Source of the DNA: Takakia lepidozioides
Taxonomy: Eukaryota > Plantae > Bryophyta
Direction of reading: 5' to 3'
DNA length: 64,000 nucleotides
Assembly (NCBI GenBank): GCA_030704615.1
Contig: CM060732.1
Coordinates: 46,872,001 to 46,936,000, forward strand
Position numbers and translations under genes: made by a program. The notes under the pieces are model-generated. The model was given only the letters and a program-made list of their open reading frames with translations. It ran no database searches and was not told the origin of the DNA. Below are positions 1 to 13,850 of this stretch, in pieces (positions within the stretch are counted from its first letter, which is position 1; the number at the start of each line of letters is the position of its first letter).

Positions 1-2758
1 AAAGATGTATGAAGGCACAAGGCTGAGAATGTCGAGCAGACGAAACTCATTGTCGATATGAAGAATACAATCTGTCGCAATGAGAATACTTTCAAGCAAT
101 ACAGGCAGGTTGAAGCTGACCAAGAGAGGTACATCCTGGAATTGCAACAAACGCTCATGTCCAATAAAATGAACTCTCTGTGGCTAACAAGGCTGGAAGG
201 AAGCCAATAATCTGCTGCTGCTGCATATGCGAGTTTGGTTGAACCTCATGCGAAATGCATGGAGGCTTTACAGCAGCAGATAGATGTGTACAGGCTCACA
301 GAGGAGCAGACTCTAAGGGGTGCCACAAGCAACACCTTATGCAGGTCTGGTTAGCACAAGGGCCGGTGGAGGGCAAAGCACCACGAAAGCTCACCCAAAG
401 CGAGATGAATGAGCTCAGACTGCAAGTGTAGAACATTGCCACAACTACTATAGACAATGTCTATAGTAGGATAGCGGAGCTACAAGAGGATGTAGACAGC
501 CTGCAGACTCAGGTGGAGGACCTGACATCAAATATTGACAAGAGAGTCTTTGTACCTGAGGAGCAGCTGATGGCTTCTTATTTACAAGCCAGAACTTTGG
601 CTTTTCAGTCTTCTTCGCAAGGGGGTGCAGGAGATGCCAGTGGTACAAGAGCCAGTGCCACCAACACCACAACAAGTCACTGTGACAGTAGCTGACCCTG
701 TTGTTACTACAGCCACACCACAGCCACCACAGCCTGAGGTATGGGGGGATGCTGCTTTTAACCCACCTAAAACTCATGCTGCACGGGAGTACAGTCGGGC
801 TATGATTATGCCCTTCAACCAAATTCCCATTGTGTTGGATTTGGCTTGGAAGGAATTTAGTCCTCCGCAGTCGTTGGCACATTACTACCAAATCATGCGC
901 ATTTGGCTGCCAGTGGCAACTAGGACTAAGGTTCTTCCGAACAATCGACCCATTGAGGATCATCACTTTGCGCAGTACTGGCATGAGGCAAGTACCATGT
1001 TGAAGGAATTAATTGCCTTCCAAGTTGTACATGGGTTCATTTATACCAAGACCAAGGAGGTAGCAAGTATTGTCATGGGCTGCGGGTTATACTACGCTGC
1101 TTGTTTCTGGCACGTTATCACATTGAGCAGCAGAAAATGCAATCGCGATTTCTGAGTTATTCCAGTGGGGATCATTGGGTCTTACCTTCAGTGCCACCTC
1201 ATATGTACCTATATGAGGCAAAAGTTATGATGCAAAAGGATTCTCCAATTCGTTCATGTTTCATGCGGCCTGGAACAATTTGTCAACACAGAAAGAAATT
1301 CGGGCCTGACGATATTTTCTTTAAGGCCATGAGGCATGGAAATACTTGCACAATTCACAAGTCATTGGTACACCACTCACCTGGACAGACAAGGAGTTCA
1401 GGGTCTTCACCAATTTTGCAATTCAGCGCTTACAACAAGTTTTACAGTTTAAACTTCCAGACATGGTGGGACAACATTGTATGCCCCAGAGGATTCCACA
1501 AAAAGTTCGGCCGTTAAAACACCTGAGAGGGATGAGGATTCTGATACTAACTGTTTCTTCAGCGGACTCTTTTGACATGGCAGAGGACTATGCAATTCAG
1601 ATGGCAGAGAAGAAGCGACGGGGGTCTCCTATGCCTGAAAGATTACCTCGATATCAGCCTCCAGAGGGACTGTCATATCCAGGTAGTGTTCAATCATCTC
1701 CTCAACCAGTGACAAGACCACGGGCTCGCACACAGAGTCCTTCACGAGACTCTCAACGTCAGAAGGGTGCTCGCTCACAAAGGTTTACAAATCCCAAACA
1801 GTAAACCGTGAGGACACGGCTTTTTGAAAGGAGGAGGGGTAATGTTAGAGGACTGCTTGGGACTTAGACGCTTTTACGGGATCTGTGGGGTACCCTTAAT
1901 TTTTACACAGACTGAGACCAACAGGAGCCTTAGGGGTGACAGCAACAGGCTTTAGGGGGGAGATACACACCCCAACACAGTCCATACAGCCCGTCACAGC
2001 TTCGCACAGCCAACACAGCCCCGACACAACAACAAGCAGTCACAGTAACACAGCCCGTCACAGCCACACAGCCAGTCACACCCGACACAGCCCGACACAA
2101 TCGCACAGCCGGTCAAGCCCGACACAGCCAACACAGCCACAGCCAGTCACAGCCCGACACAGTCGCACAGCCCAGTCACAGCTCGACACAGCCCACATAG
2201 CCCAACACAGCGCAGCAGCCAGTCACAGCTTGACACAGCTGTCATGACCATAGGGAACGGATAGCAGGACAGGGAACGACTGTGTGGGAACAACATCTGC
2301 GAATGGAACATGTTAGTTCACGGATGACAGTTAGTGAGGGAAACGGTTAGAACAATGGATAGGAAGATATAGCCAGGAGCGAGGACTGGAAATGGATCAC
2401 TTCTGGGGGAGAGGATCACATCTCGGGGGACTACTTCTTGGAGGACTTCTGGCATCACGGGGGGGAAATGAAGCGGAGAGCCCATCTCTGAGTAGAAAGA
2501 GGGAGAGCACGGAGTAGGAGGAGAACGATCTATTGATGCTTGATGAATGCAAGCAGTAGAGTTGTAATGTAGAGCAGATAGAGACTCCATGGCTTCAGCG
2601 GATACTTGATAGATATTAATCTGATACATACTTCATACTCACCCTGTGTAGAGAGATCTGAGTGTGAAGTTGTGGAATGAATGGATGGTTGATGGAATCC
2701 GATAGATTGCTGAAGCAATCTGATACTTAAATACCAACAGTAAGGTAACTAGCTAACA
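1..2758 (+). mobile_element. 3' part of a gypsy-like LTR retrotransposon: broken ORF remnants (1-1804), PPT (~1826-1839) and 3' LTR (1843-2758)
   Basis: GAGGACACGGCTTTTTGAAAGGAGGAGGGGTAA (purine tract) is followed directly by TGTTAG at 1843; the perfect inverted end CTAACA is at 2753-2758. The ORFs upstream are frameshifted, with coiled-coil and Pro-rich segments. Confidence 0.6.
1975..2245. repeat. Degenerate short tandem repeat (CACAGCCC/GACACAGCC units) inside the LTR
   Basis: Repeated ACAGCC(C)GAC/GTCAC motifs read directly from the sequence. Confidence 0.85.
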
Positions 2759-4084
2759 TGAATACGAGAAGGAACACAAATAGAAAACACCTCCATGATA
2801 CACTAGCTGTAGGTCATGACTGATTGTTCTGAGCGGGCTGAGTGCTTAGAGATTTCCAACTCTTCTATCTTGAGTTCCCACCTCGGATAGCGAAGGGGAG
2901 GGATGGGTGAGTAAAAGCCGCGCGACACCCTCTCATAGATCCTGTTGTAACCTATTCCATAACCAGAGGGTTTGGTACTAAGGTAATTTTTGACTAAACT
3001 ATAATTAACTTTCTGCTATCTTCATCCTACCGGATCTAGTTAATAATGGTATGAATTCCATTAAATGTTAATTATGGTTATCATTTTTTACCTGCTTCCT
3101 TTGGATTATTAAGGTCATTTATATCTAACCCTAAGGAATGCCAGGTTCTGGTCATCGATTTTATGATGTCATCCCTGCTGGATGACATGACGATGACAAC
3201 AGGGGAATATTCACCTTTCATTCCTTATTTTTCATCCCACATGGATGAAATCGCCAATGGTTTGCCATATTTCCTCTCCCGCCATAAAACTTGCACGATA
3301 CTGTGCGTTTTTTCTACGGGAGATGAAGTGATGGTGTCAGGGGGATCTCTTAGCACGAATTTTATGATTTTGATGGCTATGGAGACGCTTCAATGCTGTT
3401 TACAAGTACTCTGGCAAGATTTCTACTCAATGTGGGATACTATATGTAGCATCCAAGAGATAGCCCAGCTATTATAAGAAAGATCCCGGGTTAACCAATT
3501 ATAGGTGTGTCTGTACCATGTGTGGGACTAGGTACATATCATAAGCATTTCATCCCAGGGTCTGGTATCGTTGGTGAAGACTCGCTGAAGAGGCCTCCTT
3601 CATACCTGGCATTTAATGGTATCAAAGTAGATGTTAAATTTTTAATGTATCAGTCTGTTATGTATATTGTTTTGTTTTGGCCTGGTATGGTATTGTATCA
3701 GTATTGCAATTTCAAAAACTTATACTTGGGGTATATCAAGACTGGTATCAATACAGCTCCATGGTATAAATTCTCCACGGCAGGTATAAAATTGGACACA
3801 TTTCTGAATGGCAAAAGCAGGGCCTCCCCCACCTCAATCAAAGAGCCGCAACTCTCCATTGCTGCACCCTAAATCCCCAACGCTCCCCATATTTATACCT
3901 AGGGTGCAAGCGATAGCGGAAGATAGAGTACTGGTATTGACATTAAAGCTGCGTTCTTTGCAATACCAGGCTGGTCTGGTAGGAGCCCAGGTATTAGTGT
4001 TTCGCTATATTTCACTATATTGCCCCCCCTTGCTTATACCCGCCTGGTCTGGTACCCTGCTGCAATAACCTTACCGTGCTGACA

Positions 4085-4220
4085 ACCAAGTTGTAACCCA
4101 GTGGTAATAGGCACATACCACCTCGGAGGTGGTTGTGGGTTCAATCCAACCTTGGTGTCAGAAAGGTGTCCACTGTCCTAGCCGAAGGCAGTCCCTTCGG
4201 GGTGAAGAGACACCATAATT
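4085..4220 (+). mobile_element. tRNA-derived SINE-like repeat (related pieces at ~33560-33660 on - and ~55060-55670)
   Basis: A-box-like TAACCCAGTGG and B-box-like GGTTCAATCC; the body AAGGTGTCCAC...GAAGGCAGT...GACACCATAA recurs at ~55610-55668. Confidence 0.45.
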
Positions 4221-4789
4221 TACACTTCCTTGGGGATCTGTCAAATATTTATTTATTTACCCGTGTTGATACCCCGCCTTGCCCCCATACACCGGTCCAA
4301 CACTGAAATTATAATGTCTCTTCAATCTGGATATCGACAGCCTTCTATTTGGAGGTGAAGACGTTGAATCCTAGGTCACCTTGGTTATGCACACACAAGA
4401 CGTAAACACCGAACCATTGGGCTACTTAAGGCTCTAGTGCAATGTTTTTAAATCTGGCGAAAGATCGCCAGATTTCGTCCTGGAAAATGGGTCAGCTACT
4501 TTTACAAAGAAATAGGGAGAGTAAGAATTTGTTTTTTTTTAAATCGAAGAATTCGCCAGAAAGCGCCATTGATTATTTATCAGAAGCCAGATTTTTCCTA
4601 CGTGGACATGTTAAAATGTGACACCTCCCTACCACCTCGTTATTCTCGCCACATGGGCGCTGGGTAGAACTTACATGTGCAATTTTGGAAAAGTGAAAAA
4701 AAATTGCTATATTGTGAATTAGTATATATACACCATAATTTAGGCTTCATTCGGGAGGTCATTTTTTTGAGTATATACATGTCACATTT

Positions 4790-7700
4790 TTTGCAAACCG
4801 CGAGGCCTGGGAGTGGGTGCCTGGTATGTTGGAAAGCCCTCGAGGAGGAGAGGTGCACTGGCTTGGTCTCATGACTTTTGGACCTGTAGTGTGGGAAATA
4901 TGGATTTCCAAGTACTTTTGGTCGCTATAAATTCATGAAAAATAGCAAAGTGGGCAATCGTGGGACAATGGTGGGACCCTTGACAGGAGATATATCAAGG
5001 GAAAGCTCTCCAGTTCAAATCTGGTTGTAGGCTTTGTGGAAAAAACGATGAGATATGGCTAAAACGAATTTCAAGTACTTTTGGTCGTTGCACAATGATT
5101 GGAGCCGAGATATCAAGGGAAAGGTCGGTGGTTCAAATCTGGTCGTAGGCTCTGTGGAAAAAAAAAATGATCAAATATGGCTTGCTACATATATTGATGC
5201 ATTTGGACTTAGATGACATTGGACACACGGCATGCCGCGCTGCAACGGCATGCCGCGCGTTGCAACGGCATGCCGAGATGCTTTTGCAACGGCAAGCTGC
5301 AGATGCCGTCGCTGAAGTTGCTCGAAGCTGCACCCCAGCGGTCACCCTGCACGGCAATTAAGCCACCGGCCTTTGTAAAATCCCAAACATCATCACCAAT
5401 TTGGTGGAGGATGCAGGGCTTGGCACATGCTCACGGCACACGGATGTCAACGAATGTTGACCGTCTAGGAGCTCGCAATTGGCCCAACACGCGGTGGCAT
5501 GGGGTCGACCAAATTCTCAAGGTCATTGTGTCACTCATGGCAATGCGCAACACGTAGTATGTGCACACAACCCGCGTCCAACACATGGGTGGCTTGTGCT
5601 TGGGTGGCTTGTGCTTGTTATGGAGGGGAGAACTTAATGTGAATGGGTGGGCCACAGCTACGGTTCATTTTCAGAGACACACCAAGTGGGCCGCCATAGC
5701 TTCAGTAGCGGGGCAGATTTAGAGGCCACCATTGGAGAGCACCCCTCCTCATCGATGGCTTTCCAAGGGCACCAACACCAGGGCTGGCCCTGCGGTTCGG
5801 GACATCTCAACGTGACAAAACAAACAAAACAAACAAAGTGGCTTCCTTCATATATTGATAGGGTAGCCTCTACCAATAGAAAAAATAAAAAAGTGGGCAT
5901 TCGTGGGACAATGGTTGGAGCCTCGATGGGAGAGATATCAAGGGAAAGGTCTCCGGTTCAAATCTGTTCGTAGGCTCTGTGGGAAAAAAATTACTTAGAT
6001 GACATTGGACACTTGGGCCAACGGCAAAGGTTACCCTAGAGGTTGCATTTGGGCATCAACATAGGAGACGCACTTTGATACATAGGGGATTGCACTTGGA
6101 CTTAGATGACAGTGGACACTTGGGCCAACGGCATAGGCTTCCCTAGTCAATCTATGAAGCGAGACGATTGTTTTGTTTTGTTTTGTTTGTTTTGTCACGT
6201 TGAGATGTCTCAAACCACAAGACCCCAACACTGGTGCTTGGTACTGTTGGAATGCCCTCGACGAGGAGGGGTGCACGGGCTTGGTCTCATGATTTTTGGA
6301 CCCGCATTGTGGGAGATGTGGAATTCCAATTGCTTTTGGTCGCTGGAAATTCGTAAAAAATAGCAAAAATGGCAAAGTGGGCAATCATGGGACAATAGTT
6401 GGAGCCACGAGAGGAGAGATATCAAGGGAAATGTCTCCAGTTCAAATCTGGTCGTAGGCTATGTGGAAAAAAAATGATTTGGACTTAGATGACATTGGAC
6501 CCTTGGGCCAACGGCACATGCTACCCTAGAGGTCACATTTGGGCCTCAACATAGGAAACGCACTTTGATACATATGGAATTGCACTTGGACTTAGATAAC
6601 ACTCGACAATTGGGCCAACAACACAGGCTACCCTAGTATTGATATAAATGAAGCCAGTCTATTTGTTTTGTTTGTTTTGTCACGTTGAGATGTCCCAAAC
6701 CGCGGGGCCTGAGCGCTGGTGCTTGGTGCAGTTGGAAAGCCCTTTGATGAGGAGGGGTGCACCGATCTGGTCTCATGATTTTTGGACCTACAGTGTGGGA
6801 GATACGGAATTTCAAGTACTTTTGGTCGCTGGAAATTCACAAAAAATAGCGAAAATGGCAAAGTGGGGATTCGTGGGCAATGGTGGAGCCTCGACGGGAG
6901 AGATATCAAGGGAAAGGTCTCCGGTTCAAATCTGGTCGTAGGCTCTGTGGAAAAAAACTTACATAGATGACATTGGACACTTGGGCCAACGACAAATGCT
7001 ACCCTAGAGGTTGCATTTGGGCCTTGATATAGGAGACGCACTTTGATACATAGGGGATTGCACTTGGACTTAGGCGACTCTGGACACTTGGGCCAACGGC
7101 ACATGCTACCCTAGTCAAAAGCTAGTTTGTTTGTTTTGTTTTGTTTTGTCACGTTGACATGTACCGAACCGCGGGCCCAGCCCTGGCTTGGTACCGTTGG
7201 AAAGCCCTAGATGAGGAGGGGTGCACCGACCTGGTCTCATGATTTTTGGTTGCGGTGTGGAGATACGGAATCTCAAGTACTTTTGGTCGCTGGAAATTCG
7301 CAAAAAATAGCGAAAATGGCAAAGTGGCCATTCATGGGGCAATGGTTGGAGCCTTGACAGGAGAGATATCAAGGGAAAGGTCTCCGGTTCAAATCTGGTC
7401 ATAGGCTCTGTGGGAAAAAAAATTACTTAGATGACATTAGACACTTGGGCCAAAGGCAAATGCTACCCTAGGGGTTGCATTTGGGCCTCGACATAGGAGA
7501 CACACTTCGATACATAGGGGATTGCACTTGGACTTGGATGACACTGGACACTTGGGCCAACGGCAGAGGCTACCCTAGTCAATCTTTGAAGCGAGACGTT
7601 TGTTTTGTTTTGTCACATTGAGATGTCCCAAACCGTGAGGCCCCGGCGTTGGTGCTTGGTACCGTTGGAAAGCCCTCGACGAGAAGGGGTGCACGGGCTT

Positions 7701-9458
7701 GGTCTCATGATTTTTGGACCTGCGGTGTGGGAGATGCGGAATTCCAAGTACTTTTGGTTGCTGGAAATTCACAAAAAATAGCAAAAATGGCAAAGTGGGC
7801 ATTCCTAGGACAATGGTTGGAGCCTTGACGGGAGTGATATCTAGGGAAAGGTCTCCGGTTCAAATCTGGTCTAGGCTCTCTGGAAAAAGAAAAAATTATT
7901 AGATATGGGATTGCACTTGGACTTAGATGACACTAGACGCTTGGGCCTGTACATGGGAGATGCACTTGGATACATGAATAGAAGATTGCACTTGGGCTTA
8001 GAGGTCGCTCTTGGGCCTCGACATAGGAGACCCACTTGGATACATAAGAAATTGCACTAGGGCTTAGATTTCAAGTCTTCACACATGGGCCATGACATAG
8101 GAGATGCTACTTGAATACATAGGGGATTGCACTTGGACTTAGATGACACTGGATAGGGAATTCCAAAAAGGCCTCCATGTGAAATGCATTGCAATTCACT
8201 TGATCACCCCCCTAAAAGTGCGCAATTCAATTGAATTGCAAGGGCAATTCGATTGAACTGCTAAAACTAGCTTGAAAACAACCCTAATTTGCAATTCAAT
8301 TGAATTGTCGGCACACGATTCAATTGAATTGTTGACTGCAATTCAATTGAATTGCGAATTGGCAATTCAATTGAATTGCTGACTACAATTCAATTGAATT
8401 GTAATCTATAATTTTTAACTTGTTTCTGTATATATATGTACATATCTAAATTATACATATATGCATACAATAGTATAAGCTAAATATACATGTTGCCCGT
8501 CTATTCTTGCTGTCCATCTATCAATCCTTTGCCCTTGGTAAGGCTTGAGCCCGAGATAAGCCTAAGGGAGAGCGAGAGGGGGAGAGGGAGAGAGGAAGTC
8601 ACGAAACGCTTGTAAAAGCGAATTGTCCCTCTTTGTGGATGAATATATGTGCTATGTACTATGTACATATACCAAACATGATACCAATGTAAGAGTATCA
8701 ACGTATAAGAGTTTGATATATTAAACTTTATATAGAACACACATCCCAACATCCTCCGGCTCTCGGGTTTTGGAGCTGTTCCGTTTTTGATATCTTGCCG
8801 GTTGGCAACAAACATGATACCTTTGTAAGAGTATCGAAACAATATTATTTTTTTAAATTCTCAAGATGAACATATCATTTGTTTTCTTTGTCCTAGGCCA
8901 GATACTAGTGTTAGGGGACTACATGATGATGCAGGGGAAGCCTTTCATCAATTGTCAGGTTTGATTTTGTCTGTTTCTTTCAGAGCCAGCAATGTTTCTT
9001 TCGCCAGAAGCTGCTGATCCCTCTCCCTCTCTGACTCTCCCTTTCTCGCTCAGGCTGAGGCTGGCTTTACAACTCCACAATTTCCTCAAGGGCACAAGAA
9101 AGAGGGGCAACAAGAATAGACGGGCAACATGTATTTTTAGCTTATACTCTTATATGTGTATAAGTATAATTTGAATATATACATATACATATATTATTAT
9201 TATTATATACAGAAACAAGTTAAAAATTATAGATTACAATTCAATTGAATTGCCAACTCGCAATTCAATTGATTTGCAAATTCACAATTCAATTGAATCG
9301 TGTACTAGTTTTAGCAGTTCAATTGAATTGCTCTTGCAATTCAATTGAACTGCACACTTTTAGGGGGGTGATCAAGTGAATTGCAATGCATTTCACATCA
9401 AGGCCTTTGGAATTCCCTACACTGGACACATGGGGCCAACGGCATAGGCTACCCTAGT
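4790..9458 (+). repeat. Head-to-tail array of ~460-490 bp units, non-autonomous Helitron-like; dispersed shorter copy at 33072-33349
   Basis: Units begin TCAATCTATGAAGCGAG/(GTTTT)n and end GGCTACCCTAG|T (junctions ~6146, 6637, 7114, 7578, 9457). They share the core GATATCAAGGGAAAGGTCTCCGGTTCAAATCTGG. TC...CTAG ends are the Helitron hallmark. An inverted head lies at ~5735-5867. Confidence 0.65.
8154..9419. mobile_element. Non-autonomous foldback/TIR element (hAT-like) inserted in the last array unit
   Basis: Termini are TAGGGAATTCCAAA...TTTGGAATTCCCTA. Inverted arms (~8154-8508 and ~9111-9419) contain CAATTCAATTGAATTG repeats. The flanking duplication (A)CACTGGA is 7-8 bp, and the interrupted unit resumes after the element. 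Confidence 0.85.
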
Positions 9459-10913
9459 ATATAGTAAGTGAACCTATTTGTTTGGACAAAGTTTCAACCC
9501 TATGCAATGATTGTTTCTGAATCCTCCTATGTGCTTTCATAATTTATGTTTTATTTGGAGAAGTTTGGCAATTTCATCCACGAGAAAATAGGGAACAACA
9601 TATTCTATTTTATTTTTTTAGGTCAAAATATTGCGAAAATTCGCCAGAAATAGAAATTATGACCCTATGTACCAGTGTTGTGCGGTTAGTTGTTTTTTTT
9701 TAATATCATTCTATTACGGATGTTAACTTTAACTTTGTGAACACTATGCGGTTATGGACAAATGGAATTTATGTCAGGATCCCTCCTATATGAGGTTGAT
9801 GGCTATCCATGATACAAACTCCATTTGTCATAGACCTACAATATGCGCGGATATTTGATTGAGCCTCAAACCCTGGTGGCGGGTCCCAACCCCAATATAT
9901 ATATATGTGGATCTACCATAGGGTTCCATAGCCGATTTATGGACTAGATAGTGGCTGCGAGGAGGCCTGCTACGGTTAAATAGTAGGGGCTCCGTATATA
10001 CCAGTGTTGTGCGGGTTTTGCCTTTTTAAGGAACCCGCCGGGTCCGGGTGCGGTTTTTTTTTCGGAGCCAAGTCCAGGTCCGGATCTGGGTTTTTGAGAT
10101 TTGGAAAATCCGGGTCCGGGTTTGTCAACACGGACTCGGGTTAGGGTCCGGGTAGTTGTTGGGAAATATTAGCGGGTTCACGGGTTCGGATCCGGGTCCT
10201 AATTTATTGATTAAATCAATTAGAAAAATAAGATTAATTAGGGATAAAATTATTTTTGGCTGGAAAAAACTTTAAATCCTAATAATGAATTTTATTTTAA
10301 GAGACATTCCTTCAAAATATACCATGAATATGAATATGTATACCACGAATAAGAATTAAAATAGAAGTTTGAGTTCCATTTTCTATTTTTCAATATCAAT
10401 TCATTAAACATGTTAAGAATAGTAATATGCCTCAAGGGTAGATCACTATTGCATGGATGTGTGGGATCTGGCCTAATAATAATATATGAAGCCTCCTTTG
10501 GGAGGTGTAAATTATGGTTCCATAGGGCCCAACTTTGTGACACCACTCCGTGGATTGAACCCACAACCGCTTTTGAGGTGGTATGTGGGCTACAACGTGG
10601 TGGGGTTGGCTGTTGCAGTGGCCTATTCATACTAGGGCTTCGCGTTGCTCCGCACTACTAGCGACGACTTCTGAGAAGGACGCCCGGACGGATGGGCCAT
10701 ACTGGAGGAACTTGAGAGAGAGTTGGAGGGGTTTTCCATGGGTCGTCTTGGTACAACAAGTAGATTTGGACTATGATAAATCAATATTTTTTTTATTATC
10801 CGTTGTGAGCATGCATTGGAAAAATATAGACTTTTTGAAAAGGAGAAGGAGGATGGTCTTTATAAAATATGGTGGCCCTTACATGGAACGTTTAGAAGTG
10901 TCTAATTTAAGCT

Positions 10914-11649
10914 CTACCAAGCTATGCTTTTGCTCCAATTGTCGTCGTTCGATTCTGTCTCTTCTGGTGCTTTGGCCAGCAGTTTGACCCCTTTTAATTG
11001 GAATGAAAGCCCGTGTTTCTTGTGACGGAAATTCATCCAATATCGGATGTTACACTTGATTGCAACGAGATCCCCTGAACGTACGGATTGTCCATCCATT
11101 TTTTGGCCATTTTCGTTAAGGACTTCTATTGTATTGTACATCCCGTCATTGTTTGTTTTGTGACGTTTGTTGTTATTGGACGTCGATCTAGAGTTGTTTG
11201 TGTTGTTTTTTTAGGAGCTTTTTCGTGAAGCTCATGTTGTTTTCACCCATCCACCTCGTGTCCTCGCCTCTCCTCTTCCAATGATCGGACCATTCCGTTA
11301 TTATATTTGCGTAGTCGAACTGGAAATGGCTGTCTTCTATCAATATTGTGAATTTTGCGTCTTTTAGTTCTTCGGCAAAAGTCACGAATCTGTAATTCCC
11401 GGTTTTGCCAAGGTAGGGGAATTTTGCAATACCTACGAAGATTGCTATTTCTTCACGGTCCGAAGGGACGTTCCACAAGGTGCTGTGGAAGTTTGTACTG
11501 TTGGGCAGGCGTTTCCACGTGTTCCCCACCTTAAGGGCATGGTGGTCATTGGACGCGAAACTGTCGTATATCACGTTTGTCATGTCTTGGTGGGTTATGT
11601 CTTTGTCTGTTACAGTGTCTATTGTGTCGGCTATTTCTGATGTTGACAT
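10914..11649 (-). pseudogene. Intronless orphan ORF split by one frameshift; C-terminus resembles OB-fold ssDNA-binding proteins
   Basis: Adjacent ORFs 11188-11649 and 10914-11141. The sequence VRSGDLVAIKCNIRYW...GLSFQLKGVKLL is followed by an acidic tail EETESNDDNW. Confidence 0.35.
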
Positions 11650-12299
11650 GGTTGTTTGTATGTATGGTGTAGAGAGAGAGATAGAGAGGCGGGGGTAGCT
11701 GAAAGTATATATCGGTGGATTTTTGAGGAGAATTAAACCCTAAGAGTGCGACTGTAAAATTAATCACGTTAATCTATAGAACTGTGGCTGTCTCTCTCAG
11801 ACCGAGGTTGATGCTACACCGCTTTGTTGGGAAGTTAGGTGCAAAGTGCGATGCAACAATATGTTATATTTTTTTCTGCTCCACCTGCACTTGCAACAAG
11901 ATGTCATTGTTAAACCTTATGGCTATATTTCCTTGCTTATGTATTGTGTGTAAGTCGGTAATTCTTTGGCTACCCAAAGACTGGATCTCACAACTGGCTT
12001 GTTTTGCAACTGCCCTTGGGAAATGACCATCTTAATTGCACATGTCACGTCACTTCAAACAATTATATATTCAAGACTTCTAGTGCAGGGTTTGAGACTT
12101 ACTGTCCAGTGGCATTAGGGCAAGCGACACTGTGAGCGAGAGAACCACGAAAGTAGTTAGATCAGCAGGTTGAATTGAACAACTTAGAGAGGAGTAGTGC
12201 TTAGGGGCCTGCCCACTTGCACTTTCAGTTAGTGTCTGCAACAGTTAGTTAGTGTTCCAACTTACAGTTAAATGCATCCCCCCCACCAAAAAAAGAAGA

Positions 12300-13850
12300 G
12301 CTTGTTTCAGGTTCGCTGAACTTAAATGTGATGCTGCCCACGAGGATATCGTACAGAATCACATCTGGTACAATTCCAGCTTTTGCGATACAACCATGCA
12401 CCTCTTGCCCTTTTCCAGGGCTGCCAGGCTTGCACAAGCATTGGAATCACAAACAAACATGATGTGGTTGGCCTCACCCCTTTGCACATCATTTGCTCAT
12501 AGGTCTCCAAAGCCTCCATCCCGCGCCTCTGCTGTGCATACCCTGCAAGCATCGCGTTGGGCAGTGTTCAGAATGACATTCCAGATTTGACGATGTCACC
12601 ATGGGCCTCTTTCCCCTTTTCCAGGGCTGCCAGGCTAGCACACGCACTGCAAATGCAAACATACGTGCCTTTAGTTGACCATCTACCCATGCAGGTTACT
12701 TGTAGCTATTGATCCACAGGGAATCATAGGTAATCTGGAGCTTGAAGTCCGGTCCCCTTTGATGAATCTCGACCCACACTCTATCCCTGCTCCTTCAACT
12801 ATCCATGCCTCTGCACAAATCATGCATACATCCTTGCCTTGCTGCTAGCAGCTGACAATGACAGCCTGTGACAGGCTCAATAAACTCTGGAATAGAGCTC
12901 CAAAGCCTCCATCCCGTGCCCCTGCTGTGCATACCCCTGCAAGCATCGCGTTCCACGACACCACATCTCGTTCAGCCATAACATTCGCATCCTTAATGCA
13001 CCCACATTTGGCATACATGTCCACCAAGGCAGTGTTCAGGATGACATCTGGTACAATTCAAGCTTTGACGATGTCACCATTGACCTCTTTCCCCTTTTCC
13101 AGAGCTCCCAGGCTTTCACACGCATTGCAAACACAAACAAACGTGATGTTGTTGGTTTTCACCCCTTCGCACATCATTTGCTCATAGGTCTCCAAAGCCT
13201 CCATCCCGCACCCTTGCTGTGCATATCTTGCAATCATCACACTCCACGACACCACATCACGTTCAGCCATACTCCATTTGCATCCTCGATGCACCCACAT
13301 CGCATACATGTCCACCAGGGCAGTGTTCAGGATGACATCTGGTACAATTCCAGCTTTTGACGATGCAACCATGGACCTCTTTACCCTTTTCTAGGCTTCA
13401 CTCCTTCGCACATCATTTGCTCATACATCTCCAAAGCCACCATCCTGCGCCCCTGCTGTGCATATTCTGCAACATCATGTTCCATGACACCACATTTCGT
13501 TCAGCCATACGGTCAAACACTCCCCTTTGCATGCTCAATGCTCCCACATTTGGCATACATGTCTACCAAGGTATTGTTCAGGATCACATCTGGTACAATT
13601 CCAGCTCTGAAGATGTCATTCAGCCTGCATATTGTTGAAAACTGCCTTTGCATCTTTAATGCACCCACATTTGGCATACATATTGTCCACCAGGGCAGTG
13701 TTCAGAATGACATCTGCTACAATTCCAGCTTTGACGAGGTCATCATGGACCTCTTTCCCCTTTTCCAGGGCTCCCAGGCTTGCATACACATTGCAAATGC
13801 AACCGAACGTGATGTGGTTGGGCTTCACCCCTTCACGCATCATTTGCTCA
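12300..13850 (-). pseudogene. Fragmented PLS-class PPR repeats
   Basis: Repeated [14 protein letters not shown]...[18 protein letters not shown]...EALETYEQM motifs with many frameshifts. Confidence 0.85.

Noticed and set aside
1936-2247. His/Ser/Thr-rich protein ORF
   Set aside because: It is a translation of a simple repeat within an LTR.
4085-4160. tRNA gene
   Set aside because: A/B-box-like motifs are present but there is no convincing cloverleaf, and the sequence continues into a dispersed repeat body.
4790-8150. CRISPR-like array
   Set aside because: Units are ~470 bp and homologous throughout, with no unique spacers or cas genes, in a eukaryotic context.
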